Source: Alphaproteobacteria bacterium UBA3635
GTDB taxonomy: Bacteria; Pseudomonadota; Alphaproteobacteria; Rs-D84
NCBI GenBank assembly: GCA_002373935.1
Contig: DFKW01000003.1
Span: 10,498 to 74,497, forward strand
DNA: 64,000 nucleotides
Reading direction: 5' to 3'
Part shown: piece by piece, positions 27,389 through 37,234 of the stretch
How positions within the stretch are numbered: position 1 is the first letter of the stretch
Layout of the letters: each line of letters begins with the position of its first letter
Notes under the pieces: model-generated
What the model was told of the DNA's origin: nothing
The model's database searches: none
Seen by the model: the letters and a program-made list of their open reading frames with translations, nothing else
Made by a program: the position numbers and the translations under genes

Positions 27389-28535
27389 ATACAGATTTTT
27401 TTATATCCATCGCAATTCGCGCACCCACAGATTTATTATCCGGCCGCCATAATTTATCCGCAGATTTTAATTCATGTATCATATGTTCACGCGCCGCTTC
27501 ATCCGACGCGATACGATTAAATTCGTGAAAAATATTTTTTGCCGATGCCGCCGAACCCAACAATTCCGGATATACCGTGCGATTTAACAAAATATTTACC
27601 AACGATACCCATTTAACATGAACCAAAATTTTTCCAATTATCGTCGTCAGCCAGTTCATCCGATACACAATTATCGCCGGCACATGCACCATCGCCAATT
27701 CCGCCGACACGGTTCCACTGGCCGCGATGGCGATATATGTTTTTTCATATAATTTATATCGGTCACTTGATGGTATAATTTCGGGCCGTATTGTCCAATC
27801 GGCAACCATATCACGCACCATACTATCGGTTGTTTCAACCGTCGGTATAACAAATTTATATTTGTCCCCAACCAATTCAACAAATTCGCGAAATACCGGC
27901 ATTAACTTTTTAACCTCGGACCGGCGACTGCCCGGCATCAGTGCGACAATTTTTTTTCCTCTGCTTTTTTTCGCCGCATATTTTCCAATTATATTATCTG
28001 CAATCGGATGTCCCACGGCAATCGTTTCCAACCCATGTTGGGTGAAATAGGGCACCTCGAAATCAAAAAAAGCATATAATTTATCAAATGTTTTTGCGTA
28101 TTTTTTTGCGCGTCCCGGCCGCCATGCCCAAACCTGGGGCGCAACAACATGATAAAACCGCAAACCGTCACGAATTAAATCACGACCCGCGCGCGATTTT
28201 TTTAATCCCGCTATAACCGAACGCGCAAAACCCGGCGAATCAATAGTCAATACCAAACCTGGTTTAACATCCAAGATTTTTTGAATTGTATCGTGTATTC
28301 GACGTTTTAATGTGCGAGCGTTTGCCAAAACCTCGACAATTCCCATTACCGCCAAATCAGACATTGGAAAAATCGGTGTCAATCCGGCGTCGCGCATATT
28401 TTGCCCACCAATACCGACAAAATTAAACCCGGGCAATTCGCGCATAATATTTGCGCCCAAAATGTCGCCTGACACTTCACCGGCGATAATAAATACAGTT
28501 TTTTTATTCGGCATGTTTGGATGTTCCAATTCCAC
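27387..28535 (-). CDS. lpxB: Lipid-A-disaccharide synthase
   Basis: 382 aa. The N-terminus (VFIIAGEVSGDILGANIMREL..FVGIGGQNM) is typical of LpxB. It overlaps the lpxA 3' end by 32 nt. Confidence 0.9.
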   Translation of the reverse strand: MELEHPNMPNKKTVFIIAGEVSGDILGANIMRELPGFNFVGIGGQNMRDAGLTPIFPMSDLAVMGIVEVLANARTLKRRIHDTIQKILDVKPGLVLTIDSPGFARSVIAGLKKSRAGRDLIRDGLRFYHVVAPQVWAWRPGRAKKYAKTFDKLYAFFDFEVPYFTQHGLETIAVGHPIADNIIGKYAAKKSRGKKIVALMPGSRRSEVKKLMPVFREFVELVGDKYKFVIPTVETTDSMVRDMVADWTIRPEIIPSSDRYKLYEKTYIAIAASGTVSAELAMVHVPAIIVYRMNWLTTIIGKILVHVKWVSLVNILLNRTVYPELLGSAASAKNIFHEFNRIASDEAAREHMIHELKSADKLWRPDNKSVGARIAMDIKKSV

Positions 28536-29310
28536 GTTTTGAACGGTTTTCTATAAAATCAATTGCATCCATCGCATATTTGTTATTTTTTACTTCCTTG
28601 CGAACACGATTCAATCTTTCCTCGACCGTGCCATCCGTATCGCGAAATACCGCAGAATACACCGAATGAATCGCGTGCATATCTTCGTTGGTAAACCCAT
28701 GCCGCATCAATCCCACACGATTGATTGTGCGATACACCGCACGTCCACCCATGCCCTCGTAAATAGCATATGGCAACACATCATTTCCAACCCCCGACAT
28801 ACCGGCAATAAACGCATTACGACCAATACGCACAAATTGCAGTACCATCGACCCACCAGACAAAATCACAAAATCTTCGATTTCGACATGACCGGCAACC
28901 TGGACCAGGTTAGACATCACCACGCTGTTTCCAACCTTGCAATCGTGACCCACATGGGCATTTACCATAATTTGACAATCATCACCAATTTCGGTGCCAT
29001 CCGACGCCGGTGTTCCCGAATGAATTGTCACATATTCGCGAATTTTACAACGTTTTCCAATACGCAACCCCGTCATTGTGGATTCATCTTGCCATTTTAA
29101 ATCCTGGCTCATTACACCCAATACCGCGAACGGATACACAATCGAATCGTCGCCGATACTGGTTTTTCCATCGATAATAACATTTGCAACCAATTCAACC
29201 CGATCGCCCAAAACAACATTTGGACCAATTACACAGCCCGGGCCAATTTTGCAATCCGCACCAATAACCGCGCCATCTTTGATAATTGCCGTTGGATGAA
29301 TATCAGACAT
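28504..29310 (-). CDS. lpxA: Acyl-ACP--UDP-N-acetylglucosamine O-acyltransferase
   Basis: 268 aa with left-handed beta-helix hexapeptide repeats (IHPTAIIKDGAVIGADCKIGPGCVIGPNVVLGD). The LpxA C-terminal helical domain is present (NRVGLMRHGF..EDMHAIHSVY). Confidence 0.92.
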   Translation of the reverse strand: MSDIHPTAIIKDGAVIGADCKIGPGCVIGPNVVLGDRVELVANVIIDGKTSIGDDSIVYPFAVLGVMSQDLKWQDESTMTGLRIGKRCKIREYVTIHSGTPASDGTEIGDDCQIMVNAHVGHDCKVGNSVVMSNLVQVAGHVEIEDFVILSGGSMVLQFVRIGRNAFIAGMSGVGNDVLPYAIYEGMGGRAVYRTINRVGLMRHGFTNEDMHAIHSVYSAVFRDTDGTVEERLNRVRKEVKNNKYAMDAIDFIENRSKRGIGTSKHAE

Positions 29311-29392
29311 ATTTTTACCCTTGAACCTTTATATTAAACACGCAAATATTACATCACATTGGCGCAAATTGGTATTCAAGAAATATAACAAA

Positions 29393-30406
29393 TTATAACA
29401 AGAACCGAACCTCGCGCACAAAATCACCACGCGGTATGGCGCACCATCCTAAAATTGCCAACACAGACACCACCGGCATAACCGTAATCACGCCAAAGCA
29501 AAACAATGCCAGCATCAATAACCGATTTGCCAAATGTTCCGGCACATCACCATTATGCGCATGCACAATTTTTAACCACGCCAAACATCCAACCAAACAC
29601 AATAGCCCAACAAACACCGGCACAGATTCCGTCATAACAAACAAAACCCCAGACAACGCAATCAAACAACGCACCATCCATTTCAATTTAACAAATGCAC
29701 TGTTGTAAATTTTGCCGCGTGCCCGCGTATTACGCAAAACCACCATATCAACAATCGGCAATCCAACAGACAACACACCCACCAAGTGCAAAATCGTTAA
29801 ATTTCCCAACTGGCCATATCTGAAAAATTCAGGTTGCATCAAAATCATTGTCACAAACAAAAATAAAAACGCCGCAACAAAAGGCACAATCCGCAAATTA
29901 TATTTCATGCGCCGCCCAAACCATGCACCGCCAACGAACGCCACGATTTGCAAAATCGGCCCCCACCATGTATGCGTATCGGTCAATCCAATAATTCCCA
30001 ACACCACCGCACACAAAAATATAAATTTGAATTTATCACGACGGGACATATCTTGAAATTTTGGCAATTTCATATCACGCGTCACGAAACCAATAAAGCA
30101 CATCCCCATAAACGCAACCGCCGCGGTCACAAATGGCAACACAGATGCAGCATCACGCAAAACCCCATAATTTCCACCAAACAAAACCAACCAAACCAAC
30201 GACAAACAAATCGTCCATTTTATAATACGCGTTTGCAATGTATCGCGCCGCCACCCAATCATATCCAAGATTCTGTTGCCGTATTTATATACAACAAAAA
30301 ACAACGGCACCATCAATATAGCCCACCAAAAAAATGCCGGGGCCGCCAACGCCGCATTGTTAAACGCACTGATTGCACTTTGCACGATTAAAGATTCTTC
30401 AAACAT
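29393..30406 (-). CDS. Polytopic inner-membrane protein, unknown function (338 aa)
   Basis: About 9 hydrophobic helices. The start is trimmed to MFEESLIV to avoid overlap with the divergent gene. No family recognised. Confidence 0.55.
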   Translation of the reverse strand: MFEESLIVQSAISAFNNAALAAPAFFWWAILMVPLFFVVYKYGNRILDMIGWRRDTLQTRIIKWTICLSLVWLVLFGGNYGVLRDAASVLPFVTAAVAFMGMCFIGFVTRDMKLPKFQDMSRRDKFKFIFLCAVVLGIIGLTDTHTWWGPILQIVAFVGGAWFGRRMKYNLRIVPFVAAFLFLFVTMILMQPEFFRYGQLGNLTILHLVGVLSVGLPIVDMVVLRNTRARGKIYNSAFVKLKWMVRCLIALSGVLFVMTESVPVFVGLLCLVGCLAWLKIVHAHNGDVPEHLANRLLMLALFCFGVITVMPVVSVLAILGWCAIPRGDFVREVRFLL

Positions 30407-30445
30407 ATACTTGCCTTTTTTATTTTTTATTATTATGATACAGGC

Positions 30446-31132
30446 ATGATTGAAAAACAAGAAATATTTACTTTATTGAACGGCGCAATAAAAATGCGCA
30501 CATCATGTTATAATCCAACATCTGATGCCGTATGGTTGGCGGCATTGCCATGTGCGGAACCCGAAACGGTTTTGGATGTCGGCATTGGGTCGGGCGGGGT
30601 ATCTTTGTGCCTGCAACACCATTTTCCAAACGCGAAAATTACGGGAATTGATTTATCCCCGGCAATGTTGAACGCGTGTTCGGACAATATGAAATTGAAC
30701 AAGTATCAATTTGATTTAATAAATGAAGATATTTTTACATGGTCCACCGAACAAACATTTGACCTGGTTATAACAAATCCACCATATTTTGTCGGCACGC
30801 CATCGCGTTCAAATCCGGACGCACACCATAACGCCGATTTAACCCGTTGGATACGGCGATCTTTGGCGCGCGTAAAACCACGCGGATATATTTGCGTTGT
30901 CATTGATGCCGCCCGCATGGCCGAGGTTGTCCGTATCATCGCAAAAAGTTGCGGTCACGTCACAATCATCCCGCTGTTTGGCACAAAACAGGTTGCCGAA
31001 CGCGTTCTGGTTCGTGGCCGATTGGGAACAAACGGTGCATCGGTGGTGCATTTGGGTTACCCAATGAATTATGATCCAATTTTGCGTGATGGCTTGACTA
31101 TCGAGAAAATTTTGTCTAACATACGGGCATAA
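30446..31132 (+). CDS. SAM-dependent methyltransferase with NPPY motif (TrmN6/YfiC-like)
   Basis: Motif I is VLDVGIGSGGVSL and motif IV is VITNPPYF. At 228 aa, the size and layout resemble tRNA (adenine37-N6) methyltransferases. Confidence 0.7.
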   Translation: MIEKQEIFTLLNGAIKMRTSCYNPTSDAVWLAALPCAEPETVLDVGIGSGGVSLCLQHHFPNAKITGIDLSPAMLNACSDNMKLNKYQFDLINEDIFTWSTEQTFDLVITNPPYFVGTPSRSNPDAHHNADLTRWIRRSLARVKPRGYICVVIDAARMAEVVRIIAKSCGHVTIIPLFGTKQVAERVLVRGRLGTNGASVVHLGYPMNYDPILRDGLTIEKILSNIRA

Positions 31133-32409
31133 TGTTAAACTTTATCGCCAGATATTTTACATCCCTGTGGTCATTTATAACATGGCCATTTCGCGCATGC
31201 TGGAAAATCATTGTGCGAATATTTCCACCGCGCGAATTTACGGTCATGGACACGCCCCGTGGCAACGTGTACAGTTTTAATCAAAGCAGTTTTTGGCGCT
31301 TTACAAAATTCGTTGGTAAAATTGGATTGATTGTGTGGGCATCTTGGTCAACATATGTTTTTGTGTATCATCGCCCAATGCTGCAAAAAAGAACAATGCA
31401 ATTACAACAAGAACGGGAACGCCACGACAGACAACTGATTGATTTACAGGTATATTTATCAAAGTTTAATGATTTAACACACAATCTAAATGTAATTGAC
31501 GACAAAATATTAAATTCTAAAAAATTATCTGATGCCGAACGCGAACAACTGACCAATTCACGGGTTAAAATTTGGGGCGAATTGGACTTTCTGAAAACAC
31601 GCGTTTCCGAATTATTTGCCGACCGTGATTATTCCCCAGAATATACAAAAATGGCGGATTTATCGGTTGCATACGATATGGTGCGTGCCGAAAACGACAC
31701 AATAAAACAACAAAACGAACAAATTATTGAAACCATGGCCATGATATCCGAGGCCGACACCGAAATCGTCAATGCTGTCACGACATTAACATCTGAACGC
31801 ATCCAAGAATTACGCAAACAATTAAATAAAATCAGTTCTACATTATTATCATTAGGCATCCAAGAACAAACATTGATACAAAACGCAAACAAATATTCTA
31901 ATCCAATTGTGAACACAATATTTACACCAATAAAGTTTGATGCAAAAATCGACAATAAATATAAAAAATTGGCAAACGATTTGGAAATGTGGGCGGGATT
32001 GTCCAAACTGTCCCAGGTTTTACCCTTGGGGGCACCGGTCAAAAACACCCGCGTCACATCCAGCTTTGGCATACGCAAAGACCCATTTACAAAAAAACCA
32101 AAACAACACAAGGGCATTGATTTTGCCGGCAAAATCGGTACAGAACTGACCGCCGTGGCACCGGGCCGCGTAGTATCTGTGGGTGAAAGAAATGGATATG
32201 GCCTGACGGTCGAGGTTGATCACGGTCTGGGATTTTCAACATTATACGCCCACCTGTCTAAAATTTTGGTTTCCCGTGGCGATTGGGTGCGTCCTGGCTC
32301 GGTGGTTGGCCTGGGGGGCTCATCGGGACGTTCAACCGGCGCACATTTACACTATGAAATAAAATACAAAGGCAATCAGTTTAACCCATCAAAATTTGTT
32401 CAAGAATAA
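31132..32409 (+). CDS. M23 (LytM-domain) peptidoglycan endopeptidase with N-terminal TM and coiled coil
   Basis: The C-terminus is HKGIDFAG...GYGLTVEVDHG.GFSTLYAHLS...GSSGRSTGAHLHYEI. It also has a TM segment and a coiled-coil region. Confidence 0.88.
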   Translation: MLNFIARYFTSLWSFITWPFRACWKIIVRIFPPREFTVMDTPRGNVYSFNQSSFWRFTKFVGKIGLIVWASWSTYVFVYHRPMLQKRTMQLQQERERHDRQLIDLQVYLSKFNDLTHNLNVIDDKILNSKKLSDAEREQLTNSRVKIWGELDFLKTRVSELFADRDYSPEYTKMADLSVAYDMVRAENDTIKQQNEQIIETMAMISEADTEIVNAVTTLTSERIQELRKQLNKISSTLLSLGIQEQTLIQNANKYSNPIVNTIFTPIKFDAKIDNKYKKLANDLEMWAGLSKLSQVLPLGAPVKNTRVTSSFGIRKDPFTKKPKQHKGIDFAGKIGTELTAVAPGRVVSVGERNGYGLTVEVDHGLGFSTLYAHLSKILVSRGDWVRPGSVVGLGGSSGRSTGAHLHYEIKYKGNQFNPSKFVQE

Positions 32410-32439
32410 AAAAAGAAAATCAAGGAAAGGAAGGAAACA

Positions 32440-32796
32440 ATGCTGGCATTTACAAACGCGGACGAAAAACAATCACCAACCGTCATCGGGGCGGGGTGCA
32501 AAATTGATGGCGACATCAATTCTGATTTAACCGTTCAAATCCACGGCACCGTCCGCGGCAATGTGAACGCGTCTATCGTTGTAATCGGGCGGGGCGGACA
32601 TGTTATTGGCGACATAACAACCGATGCGTTATTTTTGCACGGTGAACTGTCTGGTTCGGCATTGACATATACCGCAAATATATTCAGCAACGCAAAAATG
32701 GACGGCACACTGACATATCGGACATTAAACATAACCGCGAACACTGAATTAGAATGCAAATTAAAAAAACGCAAAGGGGATAAATATGACAAATAA
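32440..32796 (+). CDS. Bactofilin (CcmA-like polymer-forming cytoskeletal protein)
   Basis: 118 aa with a beta-helical repeat pattern (IGAGCKIDGDINSDLTVQIHGTVRGNVNAS.VVIGRGGHVIGDITTDALFLHGELSG). Confidence 0.8.
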   Translation: MLAFTNADEKQSPTVIGAGCKIDGDINSDLTVQIHGTVRGNVNASIVVIGRGGHVIGDITTDALFLHGELSGSALTYTANIFSNAKMDGTLTYRTLNITANTELECKLKKRKGDKYDK

Positions 32797-33232
32797 AATA
32801 TCCAAGGTTTTTCTGGCGGCGGACCATCGTGGTGTGGGACTGAAACTGTATTTAATTGAAATGTTAAATGCGGCCGGATATCAAACCGTTGATTTGGGTG
32901 CATCCGACCCAACAACCCCGGTTGATTTTCCCGATGTTGCCGCCGATTTGGCAAATGCGATGATGGGCGACAATGCCGCCCGCGGCATTTTAATTTGTGG
33001 CACGGGGGCGGGTATGGAAATCGCCGCAAATCGTTATCGCCACATCCGCGCATCACGATGCGACCACCCCGAGCAAGCCCGTGATGACCGTTTTCACGAC
33101 GACATAAATGTTTTGGCATTGGCCGCCGACGATATAGATATCGAGGTTGCATACCTGTGCGCCCAGGCATTTTTGGAAAGCCCATTTGACGACATCGAAC
33201 GTCGCCGTCGCAGATTAGAAAAAATATCATAA
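32786..33232 (+). CDS. rpiB: Ribose-5-phosphate isomerase B
   Basis: 148 aa with LAADHRG.. and ILICGTGAGMEIAANR motifs of the RpiB/LacAB family. Confidence 0.87.
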   Translation: MTNKISKVFLAADHRGVGLKLYLIEMLNAAGYQTVDLGASDPTTPVDFPDVAADLANAMMGDNAARGILICGTGAGMEIAANRYRHIRASRCDHPEQARDDRFHDDINVLALAADDIDIEVAYLCAQAFLESPFDDIERRRRRLEKIS

Positions 33233-33245
33233 CAAAGCAATATCT

Positions 33246-34130
33246 ATGCCCTACACAATAACATTATCACGGCAATTATACAGTCCAATCCAAGAACTGA
33301 ATTATGCCTGTTATAAAAACAAAAATTACGCATTTCGGTTTGACAAAGTGCGGGTCAGATACGATTTTTTGCTTTCCAATAACCTTGTCAGCCACGAACA
33401 ATGCACCCCGTCATTTATGATAAATTGTATTGATTTGCTTAATTCTAATTGGTGTATGAAACATTTTCTGGATATCCTTGGCGAAGATAAAATCCCAGAA
33501 TATATTAAAATTTATGCCGCCAAAAAAGATTATGACGGAGACATATTATCACTCTTAAAACAACCATCCGCCCGGGTTATAACCACCGCACTGACAACCG
33601 CAGGACAAAATTTAATTCATTTATCAAACCCAACCACAAAACAAATATTATTGGGGCTGTCACACGAAACAGAGACACCGTGGCTGATAACAAAAATAAA
33701 ACACCCAACGGTCAAAATGCAAATTACCGCGGTGACACACGACATACAGGCGTACAAATATATAACAAACCCTTGTGAATCTGTAAAATTGGCTGCGGCC
33801 CGGGCACACGGCATAGAAATATTACGTTATATAAAATCCCCCAGTGAACAGGTAATATTAACCGCAATCCGTCACACACTTGATACAACGGGCGAATTAT
33901 TATTCTATTTTTTACCACACCCAAACCATAAAATTTATAATGCAATTAAACAACAAATAAATTCAAGCAAACACTTAATCAGCACAAAACCACAGGAACA
34001 AATTTCCGCAAAAACATTACAAATTAATTCATGGCAAAATGCGGATGTCCAACATTGTCCAAAATTGGCAAAAATAAAACAAGAAATGACAAATTTTTCT
34101 GCGGATATGTTTTTAATTCCAACGCGATAA
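33246..34130 (+). CDS. Hypothetical cytoplasmic repeat protein (~24-aa helical repeats, DUF4116-like pattern)
   Basis: Five consecutive ~24-aa units of the form ..P...V.L.A......L.YI. (aa 110-215). No signal peptide. Confidence 0.45.
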   Translation: MPYTITLSRQLYSPIQELNYACYKNKNYAFRFDKVRVRYDFLLSNNLVSHEQCTPSFMINCIDLLNSNWCMKHFLDILGEDKIPEYIKIYAAKKDYDGDILSLLKQPSARVITTALTTAGQNLIHLSNPTTKQILLGLSHETETPWLITKIKHPTVKMQITAVTHDIQAYKYITNPCESVKLAAARAHGIEILRYIKSPSEQVILTAIRHTLDTTGELLFYFLPHPNHKIYNAIKQQINSSKHLISTKPQEQISAKTLQINSWQNADVQHCPKLAKIKQEMTNFSADMFLIPTR

Positions 34131-34133
34131 AAT

Positions 34134-34601
34134 TTATTTTGTATATAAATCCTGCAATTTTTTAGATAACGCCGGATTATATTTGAAATACTTTGCCGTT
34201 CCCGGGATAACATAGTCCGTCAATTTTTCACCCGCCGCCAATTCGTCTTCGGAAATTGTATTTTCAAAATCGATGTTGGGGCGCGTCAATTTATTCGGAC
34301 CAACAAACTTTTTAACATACGGACAAAATCCCGGCACCACATAATCATGGTGCAGGGTATCAAAATTCACCGGACTGCCGTTGCTTTTGAAACAACTGTC
34401 GCAATTTTCATCCGCGCGCGCCGAAAAATCCATATTATAACAATCACACAAACGATTTTTACCCAAATGCCGACAACGAACGCGGGTCAAACATATACGA
34501 CCGTATTCATCCGGGGTTTTCAGCAAACAACACAACCCGCATTGTTCACAAATGCGTTCCCACGCGTCGGTTCCTGGTAAAATTTGATTTTCTTTCTTCA
34601 T
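34134..34601 (-). CDS. YcgN/UPF0260-like CxxCxxCC zinc/iron-chelating domain protein
   Basis: 155 aa. The CEQCGLCCLLK...C..RCRHL....CDCY arrangement resembles YcgN family proteins. Confidence 0.5.
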   Translation of the reverse strand: MKKENQILPGTDAWERICEQCGLCCLLKTPDEYGRICLTRVRCRHLGKNRLCDCYNMDFSARADENCDSCFKSNGSPVNFDTLHHDYVVPGFCPYVKKFVGPNKLTRPNIDFENTISEDELAAGEKLTDYVIPGTAKYFKYNPALSKKLQDLYTK

Positions 34602-34692
34602 ACTATAAATATAGTATAAAAATATTTTTTGTCAAGTTTAAATAAAAATCAATAAATCATAAATTGAACTTTGAACTCTGTACTTTGAACTT

Positions 34693-34722
34693 TAAAAAAT
34701 CGCCATTTGAGGCGATTTTTTA
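34693..34722. terminator. Bidirectional terminator downstream of leuS
   Basis: AAAAAATCGCC-ATTTGA-GGCGATTTTTT. Confidence 0.65.
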
Positions 34723-34724
34723 TA

Positions 34725-37124
34725 TTATTTTTTTACAACAAAGTTAACCAATTTTTTTGGCACCACAATTGTTTTGATAATTGTTGCGCCATCCAATTGT
34801 TTGGTTGCGTTTTGTTTTGCCTGTTCCACCAAATCAGATTCGGCAATATCTACCGGGACAACAAAGTCACGCACGCGTTTGCCATTGACCGACACAACAA
34901 TTGTCATATCAAAATCCACCAATTTAGACGCGTCCGCCACCGGCCACGGTTCAAACACCAACATACCGGTATGCCCCATGCGTTCCCACATTTCTTCGGT
35001 TAAATGTGGTGCAAACGGATTCAACAATTGAATCAATACGGAATAGGCCGCCCGTGGCATTTTACCCCCAGGGAACGCATTGATAAATTCCATCATACCC
35101 GAAATTGCGGTATTAAATTTCATATTATCCAGCCGTTCCGTCACATCGGCAATCAAACGATTGACCAATTTTTCTTGGGATTCTGTCAACGCATCATCGG
35201 TCAAATTATCGGCAAATGCCTCGACACGCGATAAAAACCGTTGCACGCCGGCCAATGCACCATCCGTCCAAACGACATTGTTTTCCCACGGCCCCAGTGA
35301 CAAAACCGCAACACGTCCCGCATCGGCGCCGACACGTTCCAACAAATCAACAACCATAAATCCATTGCCGCGGGATTTAGACATCTTGTACCCATCCGAC
35401 CCCATCAGCAACCCTTGGGCGGTGCGTTTGGCATACGGTTCTGGGGTATTTACCAATCCCAAATCAAACAATGCGTGATGCCAAAAACGCGAATAAATCA
35501 AATGGCGAGTGTTATGTTCGTGCCCACCATTATAATGCGTGACCGGCATCCAATTTTTCATCTGTTCGCGAGAGCAAAATTCTTTATCGTTCTTTGGATC
35601 CAAATACCGCAAATAATACCACGAAGAACCCGCCCATCCCGGCATAGTATCCGTCTCACGTTGTGCGGCACCACCGCATTTTGGACATGTTGTATTTACC
35701 CAATCGGTGGCACGTGCCAACGGACTTTCGCCATCATCGGTTGGGCGATAATCTGTCATATACGGTTGCATCACCGGCAATTGATTATCCGGCACCGGTA
35801 CCCAACCGCATTTTTCACAATGCACCAGTGGTATAGGTTCGCCCCAATACATTTGACGTGAAAAACCCCAATCTTTTAATTTGTATTTTGTTGTGCCGCG
35901 CGCAAATCCGCGTTCGGTTCCATATTTAATCGCCGCCGCAATTGCATCCGCCTTGCCCATACCATCCAAGAACGATGAATTTATATGCGGTCCGTCGCCT
36001 TCCCAAACTTTATCGGGTTCACCACCCGCCAACACCGGGATAATTTCCAAACCAAATTTTTTTGCAAAATCCCAGTCACGCGAATCATGCGCCGGCACCG
36101 CCATAATTGTTCCAAACGCATAATCCACCAAAACATAGTCCGATGTAAAGATTGGAATTTCACGCCCCGTATACGGATTTATCGCGGTAACGCCTTCCAG
36201 TTTTATACCGGTTTTTTCACGCGTTGCGTCCGTTCTTTCAATTTCAGATTTTGCCGCAGATTGTTTGATATAATATTCCACCGCCGCCGCATTTGTGATG
36301 CGTCCATCGTTCAACCATTTGCGCAACAATTTATGCTCCGGCGCAATTACGCAAAATGTCACACCAAATATAGTATCAACACGCGTTGTATAAACCGTCA
36401 TAATATCGTCGCCAACACGAAAATCAACATCCGCGCCATACGATTTTCCAATCAGGTTTATTTCATCTTTTTTAATACGTTCATCAAAATCGACATCATT
36501 TAACCCATCTAACAATTTATCCGCATATTTCGACAGTGCCAAATTCCATTGTAATTTTTCTTTTTTTTCTATCAATCCGTGACAGCGCGGACATTTGTTA
36601 TCTTCCAATTCTTCGTTTGTAAATGTCGTTCTGCAATTCGGGCACCAATTCATGGGCAGGGCGGATTTATACGCCAACCCCGCATTAAAGAATTGAATAA
36701 ACATCCATTGTGTCCATTTGATATATTCCGGATCCGATGTCGCAACCCGTGTGTCCGGCGACACAGACCAACCAACCCGATCGATAACTTCTGAATAAGA
36801 TTTCACCAAATCACGCGCCACATCCGCCGGGTGCCGACCGATTTTTGTTGCATAATGTTCACCGGCAATTCCCATCGCATCAAAACCCATTGGGAATAAA
36901 ACATCATACCCCAAATGACGACGATAGCGCGCCAACACATCCATACCCGAATAATTCAACATATGCCCCGCATGCATACCCGCACCAGACAAGAAAGGAA
37001 ATTCAACCAAATTATAATAACGCGGGCGTGACCCGTCATTTTTTGGTACAAACGCGCGTGCATCGCGCCAACGGCGTTGCCATTTTGCCTCGCGTTCCAA
37101 AACTTTTTTCATATTGTCTGTCAT
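34725..37124 (-). CDS. leuS: Leucyl-tRNA synthetase
   Basis: 799 aa, class I. It has a HIGH-type motif (GMHAGHMLNY), a KMSKS motif (YKMSKSRGNG) and a CP1 editing insertion. Confidence 0.95.
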   Translation of the reverse strand: MTDNMKKVLEREAKWQRRWRDARAFVPKNDGSRPRYYNLVEFPFLSGAGMHAGHMLNYSGMDVLARYRRHLGYDVLFPMGFDAMGIAGEHYATKIGRHPADVARDLVKSYSEVIDRVGWSVSPDTRVATSDPEYIKWTQWMFIQFFNAGLAYKSALPMNWCPNCRTTFTNEELEDNKCPRCHGLIEKKEKLQWNLALSKYADKLLDGLNDVDFDERIKKDEINLIGKSYGADVDFRVGDDIMTVYTTRVDTIFGVTFCVIAPEHKLLRKWLNDGRITNAAAVEYYIKQSAAKSEIERTDATREKTGIKLEGVTAINPYTGREIPIFTSDYVLVDYAFGTIMAVPAHDSRDWDFAKKFGLEIIPVLAGGEPDKVWEGDGPHINSSFLDGMGKADAIAAAIKYGTERGFARGTTKYKLKDWGFSRQMYWGEPIPLVHCEKCGWVPVPDNQLPVMQPYMTDYRPTDDGESPLARATDWVNTTCPKCGGAAQRETDTMPGWAGSSWYYLRYLDPKNDKEFCSREQMKNWMPVTHYNGGHEHNTRHLIYSRFWHHALFDLGLVNTPEPYAKRTAQGLLMGSDGYKMSKSRGNGFMVVDLLERVGADAGRVAVLSLGPWENNVVWTDGALAGVQRFLSRVEAFADNLTDDALTESQEKLVNRLIADVTERLDNMKFNTAISGMMEFINAFPGGKMPRAAYSVLIQLLNPFAPHLTEEMWERMGHTGMLVFEPWPVADASKLVDFDMTIVVSVNGKRVRDFVVPVDIAESDLVEQAKQNATKQLDGATIIKTIVVPKKLVNFVVKK

Positions 37125-37234
37125 GATACATATCCTTTGTAAAAATTAAATCACAACCAATTTTATACAACAAACCCGCAAAATTCAAGCAAAAGAATAG
37201 GGCGCATCGCGCCCCACAAAACAATTTTTCAACA

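Noticed and set aside
35415-36503. Plus-strand ORFs inside leuS (35415-35861, 35985-36503).
   Set aside because: They are antisense to a full-length, motif-complete leuS, with no independent support.
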